Shown here: positions 18,594 through 27,011 of the stretch, piece by piece | How positions within the stretch are numbered: position 1 is the stretch's first letter | How the letters are laid out: each line of letters opens with the position of its first letter | IMG/VR virus record: IMGVR_UViG_3300029258_001468 | Strand: one strand, 5' to 3' | From: a virus | Length of the DNA: 47,628 nucleotides | Translations under genes and position numbers: made by a program | Notes under the pieces: model-generated | What the model was told of the DNA's origin: nothing | What the model saw: the letters and a program-made list of their open reading frames with translations, nothing else | Database searches by the model: none

Positions 18594-19262
18594 ATGAGAC
18601 CAATCCCCGACATGTGGCGGTATGCGGAAGCTGCGTACAAAGAACCAACCGGGCTTGACTTCGTAGATACGAAGGAGTTCGCCTACCGGCAGACAGACGA
18701 CGACTTCGCGTTCGCCTCGATAGAGGAAAAACGCGTGGTGCTCGCTTTCCGGGGAACGGACGGCGACGTCGGCGCGTGGTTGACGAACTTCCTCGCTATA
18801 CCAAGTGGCGACGGCCTCATACATAAGGGCTTTTACGAAGCGTGGCGTCCTTTCAAGGACATGGTCGACGAGGTCATGGCGAAGTATCCACCGGCACTAC
18901 ACGAATATTGGGTCACCGGGCACTCAAGAGGAGGAGCGACCGGGACCATCTGTGCACGGCACCTCGCAAAGAACCGACGTCTTCCATGTCGTTGTATCAC
19001 CTTCGGGTGTCCGGCTCAAGGAGGGAAGCGGTACCGGGAACAGATGAACCTCCTGCCGGTCGACTTGACAAACGTCATAAACGGGTACGACATCGTCTGC
19101 ACGCAGCCACCAAGGACCCTCGGCTACCGTATCGCCGGGAAGATACACCGGTTGAAACAACCGTGGTGGCACGCTCTTGTGCACAAGATACGGGACCACT
19201 ACCAAAAGAACTACCGCAAGGCGATTGCGAAGCGGTTCGGAAAGGACTGTTATGTTCGTTGA
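18594..19262 (+). CDS. Class-3 lipase-family serine hydrolase (lysis-associated esterase candidate)
   Basis: AFRGT block and GHSRGG nucleophile elbow (GxSxG). ATG after TTGACAAAGGAGAAG. The TTG 18576 start was rejected. Confidence 0.7.
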   Translation: MRPIPDMWRYAEAAYKEPTGLDFVDTKEFAYRQTDDDFAFASIEEKRVVLAFRGTDGDVGAWLTNFLAIPSGDGLIHKGFYEAWRPFKDMVDEVMAKYPPALHEYWVTGHSRGGATGTICARHLAKNRRLPCRCITFGCPAQGGKRYREQMNLLPVDLTNVINGYDIVCTQPPRTLGYRIAGKIHRLKQPWWHALVHKIRDHYQKNYRKAIAKRFGKDCYVR

Positions 19263-19692
19263 AGACTTCTCCGTTCACGACATCGCCGTGTGCACGCCGA
19301 ACGACATCGAGGCGACCGGCGCGAACTTGAAAGACGTCGAGCTTGAGACCATCCTCCTGCTCAACCAGTACTACCTGCTCGTGAAGAGGAAAATCGTCCT
19401 GCTGCCGAACGGATTGACAAGTGGGAAACACATGTCTATTAACCACCCACGGGGTCGAGCGGTAGACATCGCGTTTGCCGACACGGAAGGTCCGCTCAAC
19501 ATCTACAAGGCGTGGAAAAAGGCAATACAGGCAGGGTGGACTGGAATCGGTATCTACTGGAATGGAACTGCCTACTCGATGCACCTTGACAGGCGCAAAG
19601 ATGTGGCTTTTTGGGCTGGAACTAAAGCGCATCGGGAAAAGAACTGGCGCTACGTTTCGGTCTTTCAGGACCCGAAGAACCTAGAGTCTTAA
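19252..19692 (+). CDS. Peptidase M15-type endolysin (Zn D,D- or L-Ala-D-Glu peptidase fold)
   Basis: H-x6-D (HPRGRAVD) and the SMHLD motif. ATG 19252 overlaps the lipase gene end. Confidence 0.7.
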   Translation: MFVEDFSVHDIAVCTPNDIEATGANLKDVELETILLLNQYYLLVKRKIVLLPNGLTSGKHMSINHPRGRAVDIAFADTEGPLNIYKAWKKAIQAGWTGIGIYWNGTAYSMHLDRRKDVAFWAGTKAHREKNWRYVSVFQDPKNLES

Positions 19693-19892
19693 CCTCCCTT
19701 TCTCTTCCTTCTCCTGCGGAAAGGGAACCGGGGCGATGCTGGCTGAGGTCGGTGTCGCCCTACCTATATCCGGGGTCGGGAAGCCTAATGGCTTCGGAAA
19801 AAGTAACGACTCCCACCAACACTCAGTTTCACACCTCGGCATGAAACCCGGCTTTTTGCTAACTCGTTATAGTTAGTAAGGAGGGTACTACC

Positions 19893-20489
19893 ATGCTGAC
19901 TACAAACTTGACAGGTGCAATACGCACCGCACTACAGGACGAATACGAGGTTCAGGTCGCCCGTCGCCGAGGGATGCGCAAGTGGTCGCTTCCGACGAAG
20001 TGGCGTCCGGAGGTCGGTCGTCTTGCCGATTTTCTGATGGACCGGGGAGTCAACAGTGTATCTGCAGCACGGGAGTTCATCGCTGCTCAGTTTAACTTCT
20101 TGTCGAAGAGGTTCTGCACCGACGTGTTCAAGCTCACCTATCCACCACTGCCGGTCTTTTACACCTACCACTCCCGGCTACGACACAACAAGACCCAGCT
20201 GGTACGCGAGTCCTTCAAATTGACAACCGACAATGAGAAGATAAAGAAGACGCTGGTCTCGGAGCTGGCGTCAATCGCTGGTACCGAGCTTGACAGGCCT
20301 CGCCTCCAGTTCGCGCTTTGCAGTGGGGTGATAGGGTACCACACACTGGCCTACCTCTCTCTTTCGGACAAGATAACGAGCGACCTAGCAGGTGCCGTCA
20401 TCCGTCTGCACACAGCAGTCGACGGGGACGCGGAGTCGAAGTTCATCGACGCGCTGCGAGTCGTCAAAAAGATAGGAGCAGGAGAATGA
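19893..20489 (+). CDS. Hypothetical protein (first gene after the 200-bp structured intergenic region)
   Basis: AAGGAGGG RBS, 198 aa, ATGA-coupled downstream. Confidence 0.7.
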   Translation: MLTTNLTGAIRTALQDEYEVQVARRRGMRKWSLPTKWRPEVGRLADFLMDRGVNSVSAAREFIAAQFNFLSKRFCTDVFKLTYPPLPVFYTYHSRLRHNKTQLVRESFKLTTDNEKIKKTLVSELASIAGTELDRPRLQFALCSGVIGYHTLAYLSLSDKITSDLAGAVIRLHTAVDGDAESKFIDALRVVKKIGAGE

Positions 20490-21349
20490 CACTTCGTCAC
20501 CTCGCCGGGAAGAAACCGGCATCAAAGAAGAAAAAGGTCTCGCCTGTCAAGGGCAAGGCTCTGCGGTTGGTAGATATACCGGAAGACCCGGACCTGCCAC
20601 GTGGACACCTGTCCGTTTCACAGGTCGAAATGTACCTCCGCTGCCCGAAACAGTACGAATACCGGTACGTTGACGGGCTGGTCCTTCCTCCCGGTGTAGC
20701 GCTCATCGAGGGAGGAACACACCACGACACGGTCGAGTTCAACAACATCTGCAAGGTTGACAGCGGAGAAGATGAGGACGTGGACACCGTCATCGAGTTC
20801 TTTGAGGATATGTTCGACACCAACTCAAAGGAGCTGACGAAGGCAGCGTGGAAGCAGTCCGGCGACAAGAAGGACAACGTCATCAGCCGTGGCCGGACGT
20901 TCCTCAAAAACTACATGGAGGGCCTCGCTCCGAAAATCAAACCGGCGTGCAAGCCGGAGCAGCAAATCGAGCTGATGCTCGGCGACGTCCCGGTCCTCGG
21001 CTACGTCGATTTACAGGAGAAAAAACAGGTGTGGGACTACAAGGTCGTCAAGTCAGCGAAGTCGCAAAACGACGCCAACAACGACCTGCAGCTGACCGTG
21101 TACTCCGAGGCTACCGGCCTCCGGAAGGTCGGCTTCATCTGCTTTACAAAAGGGAATGGCGCTGTCAAGGTGATAGAGTCCGAACGCGGTGAGGGGGACA
21201 CCAAGGCAGCAGCCGTTCTCTTTTCTTCCGTGTCAAGCTCCATCAAGAAAGGAGCGTTCCCTCTGTGCAACCCGACGAACATCTTCCCTTGTAGCCGGAA
21301 GTGGTGTGGTTACTGGAACAAGTGCCGAGGGAGACACATCAAGTGGTAG
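20486..21349 (+). CDS. PD-(D/E)XK nuclease, Cas4/RecB-like exonuclease with Cys cluster
   Basis: N-terminal LRCPKQYEYRY, VDLQE...WDYK nuclease core, C-terminal C..C.....C cysteines. The longer ORF from 20318 was rejected. Confidence 0.7.
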   Translation: MTLRHLAGKKPASKKKKVSPVKGKALRLVDIPEDPDLPRGHLSVSQVEMYLRCPKQYEYRYVDGLVLPPGVALIEGGTHHDTVEFNNICKVDSGEDEDVDTVIEFFEDMFDTNSKELTKAAWKQSGDKKDNVISRGRTFLKNYMEGLAPKIKPACKPEQQIELMLGDVPVLGYVDLQEKKQVWDYKVVKSAKSQNDANNDLQLTVYSEATGLRKVGFICFTKGNGAVKVIESERGEGDTKAAAVLFSSVSSSIKKGAFPLCNPTNIFPCSRKWCGYWNKCRGRHIKW

Positions 21350-21543
21350 GGCCGAGTGGACCGATTTACGGAGAGAACGGTGACGGTTGTCAATACATCG
21401 CTGCCGAATCTATGCGCTGCCCGGAGTGCCACAACGAGGAGTTTAACAACCTACGACAACAGACCGAGAAAGGCGTCGTCTTCTTGTCCCGGTGCACGGT
21501 ATGTAAGACGGTCATCACGGTGATAGAAGGAGTGAAGCTATGA
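21301..21543 (+). CDS. Small zinc-ribbon protein (start uncertain)
   Basis: CPEC...CTVC pairs. The 5' end overlaps the nuclease gene, so the true start may lie further downstream. Confidence 0.4.
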   Translation: MVWLLEQVPRETHQVVGPSGPIYGENGDGCQYIAAESMRCPECHNEEFNNLRQQTEKGVVFLSRCTVCKTVITVIEGVKL

Positions 21544-22130
21544 AAATCGGGTACGACCTAGACTGGACGTTGACAACGTGGAAGACTCCGCCGTGGAACT
21601 TCGCCAGCCAGCTAATTGACAGGCGAGACTGGATAGGCGAACCACCTTCCGAGTACGGGCTGCACGTCTTTTCTCCTCAGACACGGGAGGTGCTGATTCA
21701 GCTCTTCAATAGCGACTTCTACATGAACCAGTGTCCTGTTCCGCGTTTTTACTCTCAAAACCTCTTAACTCAGCAACACGTCGCCGGGAACCGGCAGTTT
21801 ATCATCACAGCCCGTGCAGCGCACATCCGACCCGGTACTATCTCACTTGTCAATCGGTTTTTCCCGGAGGTGGAGGACGTCTTGTTCGTTGACCCCGGTC
21901 ACAGCAAGGCGAGCACGATTGACGGACTCGGCCTCGATGTTTGGGTTGACGACGACCCGAACGAACTGGCGCGTGCCGGTGCTGCCGGTCTTCCGACCAT
22001 CATCGCAGAGGCACCGTGGAACGAAACGAACTGGCCACACGCTCGACGAGCGTCGGACTGTTTACAGATAGCCATGTACCTTGACAAACTAAAGGAGGAC
22101 TTACTGTACTATGGGAAAATCCAGTCGTGA
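21540..22130 (+). CDS. HAD-superfamily 5'(3')-deoxyribonucleotidase-like phosphatase
   Basis: N-terminal DLDWT (DxDxT) and C-terminal VWVDDDP motifs. About 196 aa. Confidence 0.65.
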   Translation: MKIGYDLDWTLTTWKTPPWNFASQLIDRRDWIGEPPSEYGLHVFSPQTREVLIQLFNSDFYMNQCPVPRFYSQNLLTQQHVAGNRQFIITARAAHIRPGTISLVNRFFPEVEDVLFVDPGHSKASTIDGLGLDVWVDDDPNELARAGAAGLPTIIAEAPWNETNWPHARRASDCLQIAMYLDKLKEDLLYYGKIQS

Positions 22131-22653
22131 CAAAGGAGCACGCTTTGAGCGTGCAGTAGCCAAGAAGGTCGGCGACGTTTTCGAGCGTCAACTCCGTCGT
22201 GTTCCGATGAGCGGAGGACTCGACATCAAGTGCGACATCTACGACCCGACCGATGACAGCTTCCCGTTGTTCATCGAGTGTAAGCACCGGGAGGAATACC
22301 GGTGGTCGACGCTGTGGTCCGGCGACTCGCCGTTATACGGCGTTATGCAATTGACACAGAAGAAAGCACGGGAGTCGTATCTTTGGAACAAGTACGAACG
22401 CGGACCGTGGCCACTGGTCATCTTCAAGGGAGGCGACTTCGCAGAGCCGTTTGTGATGTTTACGCTCCAGCACGAGCTTATAGCGCTCGAAGACCACGTC
22501 GCGACCTTGATGCCACCATTGCTCCACTGCCGTCCTGCAGGGAAGGTCATCCACTACCGCGTCATGCGACTGGATGACTACCTGCTCGTCGTTGACACCA
22601 GCCCTCTCAAGGTGGGCTACCAAGTAGGACAAGAAGATGACGGCGAGTACTAG
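22111..22653 (+). CDS. Holliday-junction resolvase-like nuclease (archaeal Hjc-type PD-(D/E)XK)
   Basis: KGARFERAVAKKV ... SGG.D ... IECK arrangement. Confidence 0.55.
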   Translation: MGKSSRDKGARFERAVAKKVGDVFERQLRRVPMSGGLDIKCDIYDPTDDSFPLFIECKHREEYRWSTLWSGDSPLYGVMQLTQKKARESYLWNKYERGPWPLVIFKGGDFAEPFVMFTLQHELIALEDHVATLMPPLLHCRPAGKVIHYRVMRLDDYLLVVDTSPLKVGYQVGQEDDGEY

Positions 22654-23179
22654 CGACCTGTATCGGTACGTCCGGGAGCACCTGCGCTCCGTTCCTCCGG
22701 TTTTCTACGACCGGGTGCGGACAGCGCTCCTGCTCAAAGGTGTCGACCTATTAGGGGAGGACCAAGACCTCATGTTCGTCGCCCTACGAAACAAGAAGAT
22801 CGACACGTTGCGCTCCTGCAAGCGCGACCGGGTGACAATGAACTCTGTCAAGACGTCGGACGTTACCGAAAGTGAGCTGCTCCCTACCAACGGGAAGACT
22901 GACATGCGTTCGTTCCTTGAGATTCTGTACATCACGTTCTTGCGTGTCAATCCACCACACCAGCGCTACCTCTCGCTCTACATTCGAGCGGTGGCGAACG
23001 GGAAGCAGCCGACGAATGAACACATCAGCTTCCTCGCCGGGTTTAACGGGAAACGAGGCTCGGTCATATGGAAGAAAATCAAGGAAACCGCTTTACAGGT
23101 GCAAAAAGAAGGAAGGGCCTATGAGCTGTACAGAGTGCGAGACCTATCAGACCTGCTGCGACGCGTACGCCTCCAGTAA
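22637..23179 (+). CDS. Hypothetical protein
   Basis: 180-aa ORF. Its 3' end overlaps the polymerase start by 59 nt. Confidence 0.55.
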   Translation: MTASTSDLYRYVREHLRSVPPVFYDRVRTALLLKGVDLLGEDQDLMFVALRNKKIDTLRSCKRDRVTMNSVKTSDVTESELLPTNGKTDMRSFLEILYITFLRVNPPHQRYLSLYIRAVANGKQPTNEHISFLAGFNGKRGSVIWKKIKETALQVQKEGRAYELYRVRDLSDLLRRVRLQ

Positions 23180-25535
23180 GCCTGTAGACGTCCTGTTCGT
23201 GCAGGACATCGTGAAGACGTACAACGGAGTCCGAGGCTACAAGACGGAGACGATGACCAAGCTGCGTCACTCGCTCCGGACGGTCTACAACTCCGGAATG
23301 AGCGTCGAGTATGTGAACCTTGTCAACTACATGCTGCCGGAGGGCAAAAAGCCGGTGAAAAAGGACATCACCGCGTGCGCCGGGTTCACTAAGCGGATGA
23401 TTGACAAGTGCAAACCACAGTATATCGTCGCTCTCGGTGCTGCCGTGTTCACCGCATTGACAGGCAAGAGTCAGTTCAAGAAGTGGGTCGGTCGGACCGT
23501 CGAGCACGAGGGGTACACGGTCATCCCGATGTTTCACCCGGATTACGCCACCAAGAATAAGGCACGGGAGCGAGAGTACGACGCGCAGTTGAAGAACATC
23601 ACGAACCAGCTGCTCGGTAAACACTCCGTCCTCGACGACAGCCGATACGAGCTTATCACCGAGGAGAAGGACATCTACAACAGGCTGCACGACCTGCGGA
23701 CGAGGGAGTGCGACACGATTCAAGCATTCGACTACGAAACGACCGGCCTCATCCCCGGAGAAGGACTGCCAGTGTGCCTGTCAATCTCGTTCGAGCACGG
23801 GCAAGCGTACTGCTTCTACTTCTTCGACCGGGACGAATACGAAGACACCGGTACGAACTCCGGATTGACAAAGACAATAAAGGAAGCGGTACGGGCGTGG
23901 ATGGAGTCGGACGTCCCGAAGGTCGCGCAGAATGCCAAGTTCGAAATCAAGTGGACGATGCGTCACTTCGGCTGCGAACCGAACAACATCGTCGGCGACA
24001 CGAAGCAGATACACCACCTCCTCCATGAGGCGAGCGATTCTTCCCTGTCAAACTTGGCCTACCAGTACACCGATATGGGAGGGTACGACACGCCGATGGT
24101 CGAGTTCCTCGCTGAAAACGGCGAAGGCTCTCACTGGAAGGCCGACCCGGAGACGATGCGTATTTACAGCTGCGGAGATTCCGACTGTACCCGGCGTATC
24201 TACGTCGAGCAGATAGAAACGCTCTTCAAGGACGCTGGCCTCAAGTGGCTGTACCGGAACGTAGTGCACCCGTCAATCTACACGCTGGCCCGTATCGAGG
24301 AACGCGGTATGCAAATCGACGTCAACCGCCTCTACGAGGTGCAGCAGGAATTGACAAAGAAGATAGCCGACACCAAGGCAGAGCTGGACGACATGCCGGA
24401 GGTGCGGAGGACGCTAGCCCGGTTCAAGAAGACGAACAAGAAGTTGACGGAGGTCAACTACGGCTCTTCTTCTCAGATGCAGCACCTCCTCTACCACGAG
24501 TGCAAGCTCCCGGTGCTCAAGACCAGCAAGAAGTCGAAGAAACCGTCGACCGGGGCGAAGGTCCTTGACAAGCTCAAATCGAAGCACCGCGTCGTGCAGC
24601 TCATCTGCAACATTCGTAGCTACACGTACCAACTCGGCGACATCGAGCAGATAGGCGACCGGTTGTCCGAAGAGGAAACCGTCTTTTCAGACTTGGTGCA
24701 GGACTACGTGGTGACCGGTCGTCTTTCCTCCCGGTCCCCGAACCTGCAGAACATCAAGGGAGGAACGGACGAAGAGCCGTCGCTCGTCAAGGAGTGTTTC
24801 GTGTCCCGGTTTGACAAAGGAGAACTCCTGCAGGTCGACTTCTCTCAGCTGGAGCTTAGGCTGGTCGGCAGCGAAGCCAACGAGCCGAAGTTCATCCGGG
24901 CCTTCAAGGACGGTACCGACATGCACACGTTGACCGCCAGCGAAATCAACAAGGTACCGCTTGACAAGGTAGAAAAGAAGCAAAGGACGTACGCGAAGCG
25001 CGTCAACTTCGGCTCCGTCTACGGCATCACCGAACACGGGCTGGCCGAGCAGCTCGATTGCAGCGAGAAGGAAGCGAAGAAGCAGCTCGACGCCTATTGG
25101 GAGTCATACACCGCTATCCGGGCGTGGACGAAACGGAACATCCGCGAAGCGCTGGAAACTTTACAGGTGAGAAACCGGCTCGGTCGCATACGGCATCTGC
25201 CGGACATCACCTCGAACCAGTGGTGGAAGCGCGAATCGGCAGAGCGCCAGTCCTCGAACTTCAAGATTCAGAGCCTCGGTGCGGACATCAACATGTGGAG
25301 CATGGCGAACATTGACCGGTACTTGACAAGGAAGAACTACGACAGCATCGTCATCGGACAGATTCACGACTCGGTACTGATAGACTGCCACCCGGACGAG
25401 AAGGACGAGGTCATTGCGCTTGTCAAGTGGGTCATGACCGAAAAGGCGATGGACCTGTTCACCTTCCTACGCATACCGCTCAAGGTGGACGTCGAAACCG
25501 GACCCCGGTGGTCCGAAATGAGGAACGTAGCGTGA
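23121..25535 (+). CDS. Family A DNA polymerase with 3'-5' exonuclease and N-terminal UDG-like (family-4-like, degenerate) domain
   Basis: Exo I FDYETTG, Exo III YSCGD. Pol motif A DFSQLELR, motif B RTYAKRVNFGSVYG, motif C QIHDS. The N-terminal Cys cluster and FHPDY resemble family-4 UDG. ATG 23121 follows GAAGGAAGGG. Confidence 0.9.
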   Translation: MSCTECETYQTCCDAYASSKPVDVLFVQDIVKTYNGVRGYKTETMTKLRHSLRTVYNSGMSVEYVNLVNYMLPEGKKPVKKDITACAGFTKRMIDKCKPQYIVALGAAVFTALTGKSQFKKWVGRTVEHEGYTVIPMFHPDYATKNKAREREYDAQLKNITNQLLGKHSVLDDSRYELITEEKDIYNRLHDLRTRECDTIQAFDYETTGLIPGEGLPVCLSISFEHGQAYCFYFFDRDEYEDTGTNSGLTKTIKEAVRAWMESDVPKVAQNAKFEIKWTMRHFGCEPNNIVGDTKQIHHLLHEASDSSLSNLAYQYTDMGGYDTPMVEFLAENGEGSHWKADPETMRIYSCGDSDCTRRIYVEQIETLFKDAGLKWLYRNVVHPSIYTLARIEERGMQIDVNRLYEVQQELTKKIADTKAELDDMPEVRRTLARFKKTNKKLTEVNYGSSSQMQHLLYHECKLPVLKTSKKSKKPSTGAKVLDKLKSKHRVVQLICNIRSYTYQLGDIEQIGDRLSEEETVFSDLVQDYVVTGRLSSRSPNLQNIKGGTDEEPSLVKECFVSRFDKGELLQVDFSQLELRLVGSEANEPKFIRAFKDGTDMHTLTASEINKVPLDKVEKKQRTYAKRVNFGSVYGITEHGLAEQLDCSEKEAKKQLDAYWESYTAIRAWTKRNIREALETLQVRNRLGRIRHLPDITSNQWWKRESAERQSSNFKIQSLGADINMWSMANIDRYLTRKNYDSIVIGQIHDSVLIDCHPDEKDEVIALVKWVMTEKAMDLFTFLRIPLKVDVETGPRWSEMRNVA

Positions 25536-25580
25536 AACCTAGCTCTTTGAAGGAGCGTTATCACCATAAAAGGAGGTGCT

Positions 25581-25847
25581 ATGGCAGAGGTAGCCACAGT
25601 CCACGTGTCAAAAGGCGTCACGGTGTCGGTCGGCAAGTTCGAGTCCGTCCGTATTGACGCCACCGTTGAAGTTCGGGCCGAAAAAGGCGAAGACCCGGAC
25701 GACCTTTTCGACATCGGCTTCGAGTCGGTGGACGAGCAGGTAAACAAGCAGCTCGCCGAGATTCAGGACATCGTCACCGAAGGGTCGGTGTTTAACATGG
25801 CCAGCGCCGGAGGTTCAAGGGCGCAGAAGAGTCGTAAACGCAAATAG
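25581..25847 (+). CDS. Hypothetical protein
   Basis: AAAGGAGG RBS, 88 aa. Confidence 0.7.
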   Translation: MAEVATVHVSKGVTVSVGKFESVRIDATVEVRAEKGEDPDDLFDIGFESVDEQVNKQLAEIQDIVTEGSVFNMASAGGSRAQKSRKRK

Positions 25848-25876
25848 CAGTTTCACTTTACAAAGGAGAAGGAGCT

Positions 25877-26899
25877 ATGGCTCTCAACAAAAGACGACTG
25901 GAGCGGTCGAAGAATCGCTCACGCGGTGGAGGAGGAGGAAACTTCCACCGGCTACGCGACGGACGCAACCTCGTCCGCATCTTTTCTTTCCCTCACGAGG
26001 TAGCGGAGGAAGACTTCACCAAGGGCATCTACAAGAAAGGCGAAGTCGAGGTCGGCGACACGTTTGACGAAGTAGAACGCGAGGTCGCCAGCCATTTCCT
26101 CGACGACGGTTCCCTCAACTGCATCGGTTCCGGATGTGAGCACTGCGCGGAAGCGAAGAAGCTCTCCGGTTCGAAGAGCAAGAGCGACCAAAAGCTCGGA
26201 CGGCAGCTGTCCGCACGTCGCCGGTTCTACGTCAACCTAGTTGACATCGAAGAATCCGACGCCGGGGTGCAACTCTCTGCTCTTCCTCAGTCGGTGTTCA
26301 ACGCGGTGTTGAACTACATCATGGACCCCGATTTCGGGGAAGAGATACTCGGCCCGGAGGGGCGCGACTTCATCATTGACAGGGACAGCAAGGAGTCGCC
26401 TGACAAGATGTACGCGGTCCGCTTGCGCGACGAAAAGAAGTGCGAGGAACTGAGTGCCGACCTGCAGGACGACGTCACCGACCTTTTCACCTGTAAAGCG
26501 CTCGAACCGGGATGGTCCAGCAACTCCGACCTGAACGAGGCCGAAGAGAAGGACGACGAAACCAAGAAGGAACAGACTCGTCGCTCCAGCCGGGCGCGTG
26601 ACAAGGACGACGACGAACCGAAGAAGTCGGGCAAGAGGTCGAGCAAGAAGAAGGACAACGACTTCGAAGACGACGACACCTCCGGCGACAAGGCTCCGTG
26701 GGACGAGGGGAAAGAGGACGCTCCTGCCTTCAAAGAGAAGGACAAGGTCACGTTCGAGGACGCCGGTGAGACATTGACAGGTAAGATCGTCGAGTTTGAC
26801 GACTCCGGCGATGTTGCTGCGGTCGAAGTCGGCAACGAAATCTACGACATACCAGTAGTCGAATTGACAGCTGCGAAAAAGAGCAGCAGACGCAGATAA
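25877..26899 (+). CDS. ssDNA-binding protein candidate (gp32-like Zn-containing core, acidic/Lys-rich linker, small C-terminal domain)
   Basis: Basic N-terminus, H-x8-C-x5-C-x2-C, then a long D/E/K-rich region. Sits in the replication module. Confidence 0.45.
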   Translation: MALNKRRLERSKNRSRGGGGGNFHRLRDGRNLVRIFSFPHEVAEEDFTKGIYKKGEVEVGDTFDEVEREVASHFLDDGSLNCIGSGCEHCAEAKKLSGSKSKSDQKLGRQLSARRRFYVNLVDIEESDAGVQLSALPQSVFNAVLNYIMDPDFGEEILGPEGRDFIIDRDSKESPDKMYAVRLRDEKKCEELSADLQDDVTDLFTCKALEPGWSSNSDLNEAEEKDDETKKEQTRRSSRARDKDDDEPKKSGKRSSKKKDNDFEDDDTSGDKAPWDEGKEDAPAFKEKDKVTFEDAGETLTGKIVEFDDSGDVAAVEVGNEIYDIPVVELTAAKKSSRRR

Positions 26900-26904
26900 A
26901 CACA

Positions 26905-26990
26905 GAGCGAAGGGACCCCGAAGGGCGTTTCATGGCTGCTACGTCCTACTGCCACAGGGAGGACACCAATCGTCTTCCCTCCCTTCGCTC
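26905..26990 (+). promoter_or_regulatory. Structured intergenic element (11-bp perfect inverted repeat enclosing 64 nt) upstream of the PurZ-like gene
   Basis: GAGCGAAGGGA (26905-26915) pairs with TCCCTTCGCTC (26980-26990). There is an internal GTCCT/AGGAC hairpin. Confidence 0.4.
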
Positions 26991-27011
26991 GTTAACTATG
27001 GGAGTTTACAG

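Noticed and set aside
22872-23120. 83-codon upstream extension of the polymerase ORF
   Set aside because: It is out-of-frame overlap with gene 22637..23179. The Cys-rich UDG-like N-terminus starts at ATG 23121, which has a good RBS.
26905-26990. Possible tRNA in the structured spacer
   Set aside because: It has no cloverleaf: there is no T-arm GTTCRA box, the internal stems have the wrong sizes and spacing, and there is no anticodon arm with a 7-nt loop.
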